Sequence record: NC_070903.1
DNA: 33,349 bases
Direction: 5' to 3' (one strand)
Source: Escherichia phage P2_AC1
Shown: positions 17,829-27,459 of the stretch, piece after piece
Numbering within the stretch: position 1 is the stretch's first letter
How the letters are laid out: each line of letters starts with the position of its first letter
The notes under the pieces: generated by a model
Seen by the model: the letters and a program-made list of their open reading frames with translations, nothing else
Database searches by the model: none
Told to the model about the DNA's origin: nothing
Position numbers and translations under genes: made by a program

Positions 17829-18049
17829 ACCGCACCTTAATTATCAAAAATATTCCTTCAGTGTTATCTGGTTAGCCTAAACCAAGTCATTAAAGTCCGC
17901 AGGATATCATATACATAAAATGTATTGATTAGAATTTGCACTAATAAAATAATGCTTTACTAAAATCTACTCCAGACACAGAGCGGTCTGTCAGATTAGG
18001 CTTTACTCTGTGCTATAGATATGTAAGCTCACACCAGAGATCATACAAC

Positions 18050-18577
18050 TTATTGCGGCATTTCCGGCCATTCGGGATTTGCAGGATCCACACGACTGAC
18101 CAGAACGCTGTAGCGTTCCCATGCTTCCAGTCGGCTGCGTTCCTCATCCGTCGCCATATTCAGCTTGACAGCGCGTTCCAGCGGCAAAATCACGGATTCA
18201 ACTTCGGAAAGTAAAGCTGCTTTTTGTGATTCTGCCTGTTGCTCCTGTTCATCTGCCGTATAAATCCGCTTAATCACGGCACCATCCTTAAACATCCATT
18301 TACCTGAGTCATCAGCACGTCGGTTGGAGGTAATATCAGGAACCTCGACAACGCTGAAACCTTCAGGGTTAAGCGTTGAAGCATCTCTGGTGATGCCGAC
18401 AATTATATTATTCTCGTCGTAAACAATCTTTATCGTGTCTTCCTGAAAATTACTTACTTCCTCATACCAGTTTTTTCCCTCTTCGGACCATAACCAGATA
18501 ACATCAAAATTTTTTGTCAGTTGATATTGGGCAACAGTTTTTGGATTACCCGCAGTAATATTTTTTAAATGCTGCAT
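18050..18577 (-). CDS. G: tail fibre assembly protein gpG
   Basis: 175-aa ORF immediately downstream of H; P2 gpG length. Confidence 0.9.
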   Translation of the reverse strand: MQHLKNITAGNPKTVAQYQLTKNFDVIWLWSEEGKNWYEEVSNFQEDTIKIVYDENNIIVGITRDASTLNPEGFSVVEVPDITSNRRADDSGKWMFKDGAVIKRIYTADEQEQQAESQKAALLSEVESVILPLERAVKLNMATDEERSRLEAWERYSVLVSRVDPANPEWPEMPQ

Positions 18578-18580
18578 AAA

Positions 18581-20626
18581 TTACACCTGTGCGACGTTAT
18601 ACCATGTGCCATTGATGTATTTTTGTATTGGCCTGAATACTGCGGGGTCATCACCATCGACTTCACCGACAATACCAAGCCCGGTAATTACGTGCCCTGC
18701 TTTCTCATACATCACCCCTTTCTGCATGGTCTGGACAACACGTGTGCCAAGTCTGATATCTCTCACATAGCGGGAATCAAAGTTACCGTAATCCGAGGGA
18801 TTAACACGCCCCGTAATATTTATGGTCTTATTACTTTGAATGCTTCCGGAAACAAAGCGCATAACATGGACGTTATTAGCATAAACATCCAGATTACCAT
18901 CGCCATTTTGTTTAAATCCGGTGTCGTTATCACCAAGAACAATAGAGTTCCCACCCAACGCGTTATTCGTGCCAAGTGCCAGCCCGCCATCAATCCTGGC
19001 ACCATTACCAACAGACACAACTCCTGTTCTTAAGTTGATGCCGAATGGCCTTAATGGCCCAATATCTCCATTTTCACCCTCATTTTCTCGTGTAGGAATG
19101 ATATACAGGTTTTCTTCAGAACGGCGAAAAATAGCACCAAAAGATGAATTAAATATCCTCAGCGCATTGACTGTAGATATTTTTACTTCACTGCTGAAAA
19201 GGGCTTTAACAAGAACATACAGAGCATCCCATTTAAGATTCATCAGGTCTTTTGTTGTGGTGCTCTGGCGACTTCTCCATTTGAAATATTCATTGCCGTT
19301 GTCACCTGTTTCAAACCACATATATGAATCAGTATCGCTGTCGGCATCATTTTTAAATCCAATCTTTGCCCAGTCAGTATTTCGAATCCAGGCAAGGATT
19401 GAGTCGTTTTCAAAAGTAAGCCCGCCGGACAAGGTATCGCCATTTTTTTGCACGGCGTTCCCGGCTCGGTTTACCGTTTCCTGTAAACCGAGATATTCGA
19501 TAACGGCGGCAACGGTCGATTTAGCCAGAATATCCCGCCCGACTTTTGTCAGGGTCGCCAGGCTGGCAACATCATTCCCCGTAAAATACGGAAACCTGTC
19601 TGCCGCAGTAGCAAGCCCCGCCAGCGCCGTCAAAGTGGCATCTTTCGGTTGCTTACCCGCAAGCGCATTAGTCATGGTGGTAGCAAAATTCGGGTCATTG
19701 CCCAGCGCCGCCGCCAGCTCGTTCAGCGTATTCAGTGCGTCAGGCGACGAGTCTACAAGGGCGGCAATCGCGGCCATAACGAAAGCCGTGTTTGCGATCT
19801 GAGTATTATTCGTTCCCTGTCGCGCAGTTGGCGTCGTTGGCGTTCCGGTCAGTGCAGGGCTGTTTAATGGCGCTTTCTTGTTCGTTTCATCCATTACCGT
19901 CTTAACGGCTTTTGGTGTTGCGGCGAGCGTTTCAGACGTGCTGTTGGTGGCACTACTGAGCTGGACAAGGCCTTTTCGCGCTGTGGTGGCGTCCTGTGCA
20001 GTGTATTTCCCGTTAGCAAGGTCATATGCTGCTTTTACCGCTTTTGGTGTTGCGGCGAGTGTTTCAGACGTGCTGTTGGTCGCACTGCTTAACTGAGTAA
20101 AACCTTTGGCGGTCAGCGAGGCGTCCGGGTGACGTCGTGACTGTTCATGTTCTGCAATTTTGTCATCAACGTAATCCTGCGTTGCCATCACCGTTGTGGT
20201 GTCAATGGTCAGCGCCACTGAGGCCACACTGCTGACGATGATGACCATGCGGCAGGTCTGCGAACGCCCTGAGCCTTCGGCAAGAGCTGGCTTATAACTT
20301 TCAGCCATGTTCGCCACGGCAATTAACGTTCCAGCATCATCGTACAGGCCAAGCTCACGCATCCAGAAACCGCCCACCTCCGGCGGAATAACCAGCTCTG
20401 CGATAATATAATTACTGTTTCGTTTGTCCTGGCTGATTTTGTTCAGCGCATGTCGCCAGACTTCGTGGATAAGCCCGGTCTGTCCGGCATCCGGGACAGG
20501 CAATTTACCACCGCCATCCCCGACGGCCATCGTGGTAATGTTGACCTTCCGCCCTCCCGGCGCGGTTGCCGCTGCCAGCTTTGCTGCACCAGCAGTGGTG
20601 ATAACGGTTCTGAATTTTGTGCTCAT
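18581..20626 (-). CDS. H: tail fibre protein gpH (receptor-binding)
   Basis: 681-aa ORF; conserved N-terminus MSTKFRTVITTAGAAKLAAATAPGG..., internal duplicated QLSSATNSTSETLAATPKAVK motif, Gly/Asn-rich C-terminal region. Confidence 0.9.
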   Translation of the reverse strand: MSTKFRTVITTAGAAKLAAATAPGGRKVNITTMAVGDGGGKLPVPDAGQTGLIHEVWRHALNKISQDKRNSNYIIAELVIPPEVGGFWMRELGLYDDAGTLIAVANMAESYKPALAEGSGRSQTCRMVIIVSSVASVALTIDTTTVMATQDYVDDKIAEHEQSRRHPDASLTAKGFTQLSSATNSTSETLAATPKAVKAAYDLANGKYTAQDATTARKGLVQLSSATNSTSETLAATPKAVKTVMDETNKKAPLNSPALTGTPTTPTARQGTNNTQIANTAFVMAAIAALVDSSPDALNTLNELAAALGNDPNFATTMTNALAGKQPKDATLTALAGLATAADRFPYFTGNDVASLATLTKVGRDILAKSTVAAVIEYLGLQETVNRAGNAVQKNGDTLSGGLTFENDSILAWIRNTDWAKIGFKNDADSDTDSYMWFETGDNGNEYFKWRSRQSTTTKDLMNLKWDALYVLVKALFSSEVKISTVNALRIFNSSFGAIFRRSEENLYIIPTRENEGENGDIGPLRPFGINLRTGVVSVGNGARIDGGLALGTNNALGGNSIVLGDNDTGFKQNGDGNLDVYANNVHVMRFVSGSIQSNKTINITGRVNPSDYGNFDSRYVRDIRLGTRVVQTMQKGVMYEKAGHVITGLGIVGEVDGDDPAVFRPIQKYINGTWYNVAQV
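19905..20092. repeat. direct repeat inside H (two ~53-bp near-identical copies about 131 bp apart)
   Basis: Copies at 19905-19957 and 20036-20092 differ at a few positions; they encode the duplicated LSSATNSTSETLAATPKAVK peptide. Confidence 0.7.
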
Positions 20627-20636
20627 TATTCCTCAC

Positions 20637-21167
20637 TTATCCGGGGTAAACCGTAATTACATCGCCGTCATAAGCCACACCACCGGCGAACAGGTAGCCG
20701 GGAATGTCCCGGGTAATGTTCAGACCAATAAGGTGACGGCTTGCAGGTTTGGCATCAGCAATCAGCCGTTCCATTTCCTGATACATTGCCTCTGTGATAC
20801 CGCTTTCCAGTACACCAATATCAAGGCGGAAGGTGCCGGGCGGGTCACTGTTTTCCCACCACTCCGTCACGTTGATGAGATAGCCGAGCGGCTCCACCAC
20901 ACGCCGGATTGCGCCGATAGTGCCTTTATGACAGTGGATGAAATAGGCATCGCGGATAACGGCGCGTTTTGTCGCTTCCGGCCACTTTTCATCCCACCTG
21001 TCGACCGAAAACGCCCACGCCAGCCACGGCAGCAGATTTGCCGGGCAGGTGTCCGGGTTCCACAGCTCACGAATCCTGACCGGCGTTTTTTCAATTTCCG
21101 CACAGGCTTTTGCGGCGGCAACTTCAAGCGGTGATGAGCCGGTCGGCAGCAGGCGCGAATCACTCAT
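20637..21167 (-). CDS. I: baseplate protein gpI
   Basis: 176-aa ORF, P2 gpI length and position. Confidence 0.9.
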   Translation of the reverse strand: MSDSRLLPTGSSPLEVAAAKACAEIEKTPVRIRELWNPDTCPANLLPWLAWAFSVDRWDEKWPEATKRAVIRDAYFIHCHKGTIGAIRRVVEPLGYLINVTEWWENSDPPGTFRLDIGVLESGITEAMYQEMERLIADAKPASRHLIGLNITRDIPGYLFAGGVAYDGDVITVYPG

Positions 21168-22068
21168 CCGAGCCTCCGGTCACGACGCGGTATTCGGTAC
21201 AGAAAGACGCCTGCGTACTGTTGAGCACGATGTCAGCCAGTGGTGCAGCCAGTTCGACACGCTGCACGCCTTCCACATGCAAAGCGGCATAAATGGCAGA
21301 CAGACGGATGTCGCGCCCCAGCCGGTGCTGTGCCGTGATATACGCTTCCAGCTTTTTCACAGCGGCAGCGCGGATGGGTTCGCTTTCGGGACCAGGGTAA
21401 AGGTAAAGCGTGGCGTTTATCTGGTATTCAACGATGGCGGCAGACTGCACGGTCACGCGGTCGGCCACCGGCCTGACGTCCTCGCCATTAAGGGCGTTAC
21501 GCACCACAGCCAGCAGGTCTTCGGATGCGACGCCGTTATTTTCACGTGACAGCACAGAGATGGTGACACAGGCAGGAGACGGACTGGTGACAGAAATATC
21601 CGCGACACGCCCGTCGGCACTGCGACCATGATACTGATAAGCCCCCACCGACCCGGCGACGCTTAAACCTTCAAACGCCTGCTGAATACGCAGACGATAA
21701 TCGGTGTCAGATTCCATCACTGCCGGTGTCGGCGGAATGGTCGAATCATCTGCCGGGGTGATAGTCAGGCGCGTGGTGTTGTAATTGGCACCAATCACAT
21801 CAAGGTCATTACCGGCGGCACAGGCCAGCATTACCGCCCGTGCGGCCTCATTCACACGCTGACGCCAGATAAGCTCACGATAAGCATTTTCCTCCAGCAG
21901 TTTGACGAGAGGCTCGGATTCCAGCATCAGGGCACGGGCGACCGCCTCCTGCTGGTCTTCCGGGTAAAGGGAAATCAGTGTCGCCTTGCGTTCAGCAAGA
22001 ATGGTTTCAAAGTCCAGCTCCTCGACCACATCCGGTGCGGGTAGCTGGTTCAGGTCGATAATCGGCAT
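21160..22068 (-). CDS. J: baseplate protein gpJ
   Basis: 302-aa ORF, P2 gpJ length and position. Confidence 0.95.
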   Translation of the reverse strand: MPIIDLNQLPAPDVVEELDFETILAERKATLISLYPEDQQEAVARALMLESEPLVKLLEENAYRELIWRQRVNEAARAVMLACAAGNDLDVIGANYNTTRLTITPADDSTIPPTPAVMESDTDYRLRIQQAFEGLSVAGSVGAYQYHGRSADGRVADISVTSPSPACVTISVLSRENNGVASEDLLAVVRNALNGEDVRPVADRVTVQSAAIVEYQINATLYLYPGPESEPIRAAAVKKLEAYITAQHRLGRDIRLSAIYAALHVEGVQRVELAAPLADIVLNSTQASFCTEYRVVTGGSDE

Positions 22069-22072
22069 GGTT

Positions 22073-22420
22073 TCAACTCACAGGGATGGTTAACGAAAGT
22101 GGCTGGCCGGTGTCGTTGTGCAGGCCGGTTAACGTGACCGTCATTCGCCCGTCAAAACTGCGCGCCGTGGTGACGGATGACAGGGTGACGCGGGGTTCCC
22201 ATTTCAGCACTGCCATGTAACAGGCGACTTTAATCTGCAACTCAAGCGCCGGGGTCTGCGGCTGGTCAATCATTGACGCCAGCAACGAGCCGTAATCACG
22301 ACGCATCACCCGTGAGCCGACCGGTGTGCGCAGGATATCGCCGATACTCTGGCTGATATGCTCAAGGTCAGTGACAGTCAGGCCATCACTGCGATTCATT
22401 CCGAGATAACGCGCTGTCAT
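22073..22420 (-). CDS. W: baseplate wedge protein gpW
   Basis: 115-aa ORF, P2 gpW length and position. Confidence 0.9.
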   Translation of the reverse strand: MTARYLGMNRSDGLTVTDLEHISQSIGDILRTPVGSRVMRRDYGSLLASMIDQPQTPALELQIKVACYMAVLKWEPRVTLSSVTTARSFDGRMTVTLTGLHNDTGQPLSLTIPVS

Positions 22421-23052
22421 AGAGGTCCCCCTGTTGTGCCGCCACTGTCGCCGGGGTGTTTATGGGTATGCAGTACCTTACCGTTTGATGAGAGTTCACC
22501 GCCGGTGTGTTCAATGTTGCCGCGCATCGTCCCGCCCTTCTGCACTTCCAGCGTGCCGGTAATCAGCCTGTTGGTGCAGACCACCTCCGGTGTGTCCAGG
22601 GTGACGCGGGTTGATGCTTTCACCATGACCACCGGCACCGTGGCAGTAACAGAATCAGAAGCCGTCACGCTGGCCGTTTTAATTCCGCTTACCGTAAGTG
22701 CACTGGTTTCGGGTTCATACTCAATCACCGCCCCGTCAGGGAAACGGATATGCAGGGCATCCGCCGACGCAGACGGCGCGGGGTTATCGCCGGAATAAAT
22801 CCCCGGCAGAACGAATGCCGTGTCGAGTTCACCGCCCACGGACAGAATCAGCACCTGTTCTCCCACGGAAGGTGCCCACCATGTGCGCGAACGACCGGCG
22901 CGATGGGTCAGCCACTGAAGCCAGTCGGTGCACATGCCGCCGGTCTGCACGCGGCAGCGACCGGCGTTAAGGTCGGTTTCGACGATAATGCCGGTGCGAA
23001 TCATGTTGCGCAGTGCGCGCGCGAGTTCCTGAATATTTGCGAGAGTGTTCAT
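22417..23052 (-). CDS. V: baseplate hub/spike protein gpV
   Basis: MNTLANIQELARALRNM... from the internal Met (211 aa; the ORF track extends to 23070). Confidence 0.9.
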   Translation of the reverse strand: MNTLANIQELARALRNMIRTGIIVETDLNAGRCRVQTGGMCTDWLQWLTHRAGRSRTWWAPSVGEQVLILSVGGELDTAFVLPGIYSGDNPAPSASADALHIRFPDGAVIEYEPETSALTVSGIKTASVTASDSVTATVPVVMVKASTRVTLDTPEVVCTNRLITGTLEVQKGGTMRGNIEHTGGELSSNGKVLHTHKHPGDSGGTTGGPL

Positions 23053-23135
23053 GCATGTGAGATTGCACAATATATAAAAGTTATGCTATCTGGATTCATT
23101 TGTAGAACTACCAGACAACATTCAAGGAGAGCGTA

Positions 23136-23921
23136 ATGGTCAGCTATAATGTGACTAATGTGTGGGGGCTAATCGTTTTTTTCCTTTGTAGCTTTGCAGT
23201 ATTAGCATTTTTTAGCTTTGGTAAAAGTAACCTTATGAGGCTTATTGCACATTATTTCAATTTTGGATATTCAGACAAAAAATTAAAAAGACTTGACCGC
23301 GAGTGGCGCGACATTCAACTATTTAAAATAATTAACGGAATCAATGTATCAGGCATTGAAAATGTGAGAATGATACAGCAGGGACTGATTGATGGAAAAC
23401 TAAAAACATCGTATTTTTTCCTTACTCGCATCTGGGGTGACATAACAAAACCACCACACATAATTAAAACAATAATTGTAATTCTGACCAGTATTTTTTA
23501 CATTCTCCTCGCATGTTACATACACAACAAACAATCCGTTATAGTAAGGGATGCCATAGGCATACCATATAAAAACATGATGTACTATGTTTATAGTGAC
23601 AAAGTTCTTTTATCCTTCAAAAATAAAGCAGTTGAATTTAATAAAACTTATAGCCTTGCCGATTGCAAGAAACTGCAAAACGTATTTATAAAAGACACAC
23701 TTCCTGAGATCGCCTGCAATAAGCTCTTACAGCTAAACGAGGAGGACTCCGAATGGTTAAGCCAGGAGATTAAAGATAATAACAGTCACAAAAAAGCATT
23801 ATTAATACTATCCCTCGTCTATTTCACTTCAGGTCTGGTTATATTCCTGTCATATACAAAATTCTTTTACGCCAATAAGAAGGTTTTAGAATACAAAGCA
23901 TCAAATAAAAATCACTCATAA
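23136..23921 (+). CDS. hypothetical polytopic membrane cargo protein in the S-V variable locus
   Basis: 261-aa ORF on the strand opposite the late operons; AAGGAGA RBS 5 nt before ATG; at least 3 hydrophobic helices (res ~10-28, ~112-132, ~222-242); AT-rich island 23071-23940. Confidence 0.6.
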   Translation: MVSYNVTNVWGLIVFFLCSFAVLAFFSFGKSNLMRLIAHYFNFGYSDKKLKRLDREWRDIQLFKIINGINVSGIENVRMIQQGLIDGKLKTSYFFLTRIWGDITKPPHIIKTIIVILTSIFYILLACYIHNKQSVIVRDAIGIPYKNMMYYVYSDKVLLSFKNKAVEFNKTYSLADCKKLQNVFIKDTLPEIACNKLLQLNEEDSEWLSQEIKDNNSHKKALLILSLVYFTSGLVIFLSYTKFFYANKKVLEYKASNKNHS

Positions 23922-23926
23922 ACCTC

Positions 23927-23963
23927 TAAACATTGAGCGACCAGCATGGCCGCTCAATGTTTA
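23927..23963. terminator. bidirectional terminator hairpin between the convergent cargo gene and S
   Basis: About 12-bp stem taaacattgagcg / cgctcaatgttt around an 11-nt loop, between the stop of the 261-aa gene (23921) and the stop of S (23993). Confidence 0.5.
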
Positions 23964-23992
23964 ATTGCGCATCAGCCTCTGCCTGGATAAAA

Positions 23993-24445
23993 CTAACGCT
24001 CAAGGTGAGCCAGGATAATCTCTTCAATCATCTGCACATCCTCACCGGTAAAGCCGAGCAGGGGACGCGCCGGATAATCAATTTTCTTACCGTCTTTCCG
24101 GTTTTCTTCCGACAGACCAAACTGATGCACACTGGCGATTTTCGGCGACTTCCCGCCGTAAAATTCCATTGATGCCTGCTCCGGGCTGGCACGGATATGC
24201 AAAAAACGACTGGTAATAAGTTTCGCAAACATTTTTCGCTTAACGCGACCGGTCTTTTTTCTGGCGCTCTGCTGCTGGCGTGGTGCGTAGGGTGTGCCGT
24301 CCGGAGCTTTCTGTGCCATCACCCGACGCTGCTGACTCTGCCGCAGACGTTTCGCCAGTTCTGCACTCAGTCGCCGACGCCCAGACGGTGACAGCGATTC
24401 AATCAGTCCGGTCAGCCGGTCTTCAAAACGCTTAAACTCATTCAT
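23993..24445 (-). CDS. S: tail completion protein gpS
   Basis: 150-aa ORF, P2 gpS length and position. Confidence 0.9.
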   Translation of the reverse strand: MNEFKRFEDRLTGLIESLSPSGRRRLSAELAKRLRQSQQRRVMAQKAPDGTPYAPRQQQSARKKTGRVKRKMFAKLITSRFLHIRASPEQASMEFYGGKSPKIASVHQFGLSEENRKDGKKIDYPARPLLGFTGEDVQMIEEIILAHLER

Positions 24446-24905
24446 CCCACTTGCTCACCAGTTCGCCATTGATATAAAGCTCCATCGGGCGGGTGACCGG
24501 CTCCGGCGGCGTGGGTTCCGGGATATTCTTCACATGCAGCGCGCCGTCCACCTCACTGACCAGCGTGCGCTCGGTCAGCATCAGGCTGATGCTGATATCA
24601 AAGCTGCTGTCATTGTTGATGTCTGCATAAAACGTGAAACCTTTTTTCTGGCCTTCGTCGGTGGTTATGATGTCGGGCTGATTTTCCCGCAGCCACGCCA
24701 GCACCGGCACGATGAGCAGGTCAAAATCACCGGTAAAGTCGGTCACAATGACATTGAGCGTGTAACGCTTTTCGAATGACAGCGACGTCGCCAGCGTGGA
24801 GGCAATACTCCCGTTATCAACGAATATCCGCAGCATATCGGGGTTAGTTTTCAGCACCGTGACGGCATCAGTCAGCGCCCTGCGCAGGCTGTCGGGTTTG
24901 AGCAT
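24438..24905 (-). CDS. R: tail completion protein gpR
   Basis: 155-aa ORF, P2 gpR length and position. Confidence 0.9.
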   Translation of the reverse strand: MLKPDSLRRALTDAVTVLKTNPDMLRIFVDNGSIASTLATSLSFEKRYTLNVIVTDFTGDFDLLIVPVLAWLRENQPDIITTDEGQKKGFTFYADINNDSSFDISISLMLTERTLVSEVDGALHVKNIPEPTPPEPVTRPMELYINGELVSKWDE

Positions 24906-25158
24906 CGTTTTCGTCCTGACAGTGTTTAATCATTTTTACCTGGCTGGCACAGCGTGCCAGCGCGTTCTCAAGCTGCCGGATATCGGCACTTAAATCGCCG
25001 TTCGTCTGCGGGTCACTGCCCGGCATCGGGCAAAGGCTCACTTTCGGGCAGGCGTTGTGGACAATCACTGGCGTCGGTGCAGGCCGGACGCTGGTGCAAC
25101 CGGCGCACAGCATCAGGCAGGTCAGCGCCGTACCAGCGGCGGAAATCTTCGTTTTCAT
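24868..25158 (-). CDS. lysC: LysC, outer-membrane lipoprotein spanin (Rz1-like), embedded in the +1 frame of lysB
   Basis: From the internal Met: MKTKISAAGTALTCLMLCAGC with lipobox LCAGC; the ORF track shows a longer 135-aa frame. Confidence 0.7.
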   Translation of the reverse strand: MKTKISAAGTALTCLMLCAGCTSVRPAPTPVIVHNACPKVSLCPMPGSDPQTNGDLSADIRQLENALARCASQVKMIKHCQDENDAQTRQPAQGAD

Positions 25159-25438
25159 TGAGTAATCTCGTGATGGTTTTCTCGCGCTGAGCTTCACGCT
25201 TCGCGGCGTTTTCCAGTTCCTGACGCAGTGCCACCTGCGCCAGCTCGTTTTTGTCTGCCCTGGTGAGCGCAACATGAAGCTGATTTTTCAGCATGGTGAT
25301 GGTCGCCTGTTGCTCGCTGGCGACGTTGTTCGCCCTGTCCAGCGAGGCGCGCAGGCTGGCGTTTTCATGCTTCACCAGAAACAGCGCCGCTACCGCCAGT
25401 GATAACAACACAACCAGCACAATCATCAGCTTTGACAT
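25013..25438 (-). CDS. lysB: LysB, inner-membrane spanin (Rz-like)
   Basis: 141-aa ORF, N-terminal TM anchor plus coiled coil; P2 LysB length. Confidence 0.85.
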   Translation of the reverse strand: MSKLMIVLVVLLSLAVAALFLVKHENASLRASLDRANNVASEQQATITMLKNQLHVALTRADKNELAQVALRQELENAAKREAQREKTITRLLNENEDFRRWYGADLPDAVRRLHQRPACTDASDCPQRLPESEPLPDAGQ

Positions 25439-25851
25439 GGTTCCCGCCCCTCAAAACGCTGATGGCAGGCCGTACGTATCAGCCGGAAGAACACCGACGC
25501 CACGAGGTAAATCAGCGCAGTAAAAATCCACCCGGCGGCAACCAGCGAGATAAACGTCGCCACCATCACCACCAGAGCCGCCGCCCGTCTGCGCCACGGC
25601 ACCGGCTGCAAAAACAGCGACGTGACAATCTTCACGGCCAGCGATTCCGGCGGCAGCTCCCGCCCGTAGCGTTCCAGCACATACTCAGTGGCATACACGC
25701 CGACACCACCGGCAACCACACAGATAACCGTCGCCAGAATCGCCCAGGCAGCGACAAAATTGACGGCCACGCTCTGCGGGTAAATCAGGGACAGTGCCAG
25801 CATCAGCGCCAGCGACACGTTCAGCATCAGTGAAAGGGATAATTTCTTCAT
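25426..25851 (-). CDS. lysA: LysA, membrane protein of the lysis cassette (lysis timing)
   Basis: 141-aa ORF with multiple TM helices, P2 LysA length and position. Confidence 0.85.
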   Translation of the reverse strand: MKKLSLSLMLNVSLALMLALSLIYPQSVAVNFVAAWAILATVICVVAGGVGVYATEYVLERYGRELPPESLAVKIVTSLFLQPVPWRRRAAALVVMVATFISLVAAGWIFTALIYLVASVFFRLIRTACHQRFEGREPCQS

Positions 25852-25865
25852 GGTGTTTACTCCGT

Positions 25866-26363
25866 TTAAGCCGGTACGCCGCCAGCGGTACGCCAGACGG
25901 TGACCAGTTTTTCCAGTGAATGCTCACGCTGACCGTAACCGGCACCCGGCAGGGACGCCCAGATATTGCGACAGCGTGAAATGGCGCGCTCAATGCGTCC
26001 CGCCCGGATGTCATCCAGTGCTCCGCGTTCGCGGATCAACTGAATGGCGAGTCTGTCCTGTGACAACGGACTGAAATCCGGCAGGGCAAGCTGTTTGCGG
26101 TAATGCGGCCAGAACAGGTAAAGCTGCTGATAGCGACCGGAGGCCGTGGATTTTTCACCGCGACGGTTAAACACCTTCGCCGGTCGGCCATGTGCGAACG
26201 GGTGGTCACTGTAGTCGGTGAAAATTTCCGGCTTTCCGTCCAGTCCGGTGACTATCACGTCATAGCCCCGGTTTTTCGTCAGCGGATGATTCGCCGTCCC
26301 TTCGGACACGGCCAGCATGTCGAGAAAGGCGGCGATATTCTGATGCGTGTTAATTACCGGCAT
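25866..26363 (-). CDS. K: endolysin gpK (lysozyme-like)
   Basis: 165-aa ORF, P2 gpK length and position. Confidence 0.9.
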   Translation of the reverse strand: MPVINTHQNIAAFLDMLAVSEGTANHPLTKNRGYDVIVTGLDGKPEIFTDYSDHPFAHGRPAKVFNRRGEKSTASGRYQQLYLFWPHYRKQLALPDFSPLSQDRLAIQLIRERGALDDIRAGRIERAISRCRNIWASLPGAGYGQREHSLEKLVTVWRTAGGVPA

Positions 26364-26644
26364 TACGGTTTCCCCCTGCCCTTAAAACGGCGCTGAATGG
26401 CAATCTCAATCACCTGATAACCGGCGATGCCCAGCATGGAGCCGATGCCGCACACCGCAGGCAGTGACAGGTCAGGAAACTGCACCAGAACAACACCGGC
26501 AACCATCGAGACAAAACCACCGAGCAACATGCGCCCGATAAACAGACGCGGGGTGATAGGTTCACCACCGGCAAGCACCTTGCCGACAACAATCAGCACC
26601 CCAATCATGAAAAGCGACAGGACGCTTTTTTCTTCTGCTGTCAT
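26363..26644 (-). CDS. Y: holin gpY
   Basis: 93-aa ORF with hydrophobic helices and charged C-terminus (RRFKGRGKP). Confidence 0.9.
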   Translation of the reverse strand: MTAEEKSVLSLFMIGVLIVVGKVLAGGEPITPRLFIGRMLLGGFVSMVAGVVLVQFPDLSLPAVCGIGSMLGIAGYQVIEIAIQRRFKGRGKP

Positions 26645-26647
26645 GCG

Positions 26648-26851
26648 TTACTCCCACAGATTGACAGTTTCAGCCACGGGCGCGGTCTGAACGTCAGGCA
26701 GTTCGACGGCGGTGCCGTGCGGCAGCACCGCGCCCAGTTCAGCCAGTCCCGGATTTGCGGCGAGCACGGCCTCGACCACGCCCTCAGTGCGCCCGTAATA
26801 CCGGACACAAATGGCGTCAAGCGTGTCGCCCTGTAGCGCAAAGGTCTCCAT
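26648..26851 (-). CDS. X: tail protein gpX (LysM-like)
   Basis: METFALQGDTLDAICVRYYG... 67 aa from the internal Met; start overlaps the L stop by 1 nt. Confidence 0.85.
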   Translation of the reverse strand: METFALQGDTLDAICVRYYGRTEGVVEAVLAANPGLAELGAVLPHGTAVELPDVQTAPVAETVNLWE

Positions 26852-27360
26852 CAGATTTGACTCACGATGCAGCGCGGCTTGTCCTGGATACGCGCCACCG
26901 CCCAGCGCATATCCCGCCACAGCTCATCAATGGTGCTGTCAATGCTGTCAGCCTTCTTGTCGCCTTTCGCACTGGCATCCACGCCGCGATAACGCTCATA
27001 AAGCGATGCGGTCGCCATCGCACACACGGCGCGCTCGTAGTAAAAAACCTTGATGCTTTCACCGTCGATATCGTCCGCCGGGACGTCCGCCAGACGCGTA
27101 AAACCGGCAGCAATTTTCTGTTCGCGGTACTCGTACAGCTCCGCATTCGTCTCCGCCATGCCTGACTTGATGGCCTCACGCAGACGGGCGGGGGCGACGG
27201 TCTGCTCAAGGCGCATACGTTCCCGGACGCGCTTCGGGTCGATATCGGGAAAAAAGAACGTGTTTTTAATCACCGGCTCGTCGCCTGCCGGTTGCGGGAT
27301 GACCACCGTACCCTCACCGGACACGGGAGCCTCCTTTCGCGGAATAATCAGCGTCATCAT
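26851..27360 (-). CDS. L: head completion/stabilisation protein gpL
   Basis: MMTLIIPRKEAPVSGEG... 169 aa from the internal Met (the ORF track extends to 27420). Confidence 0.9.
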   Translation of the reverse strand: MMTLIIPRKEAPVSGEGTVVIPQPAGDEPVIKNTFFFPDIDPKRVRERMRLEQTVAPARLREAIKSGMAETNAELYEYREQKIAAGFTRLADVPADDIDGESIKVFYYERAVCAMATASLYERYRGVDASAKGDKKADSIDSTIDELWRDMRWAVARIQDKPRCIVSQI

Positions 27361-27459
27361 GACTACCTCTGAAAAGTCGGGCGGTGGACGCCGGTGCAGT
27401 GTCAGGTGATTCACCCTCACTGACCGGCGTGCCGCCCTGGCGCGGGGCGCATTCGGTTG

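Noticed and set aside
23101-23117. TGT-N11-ACA dyad upstream of V, resembling the Ogr-binding late-promoter motif (TGT-N12-ACA)
   Set aside because: Spacing is 11 not 12 and its distance from the V start does not fit the usual position of about -55 from the transcription start; late promoters are therefore not annotated.
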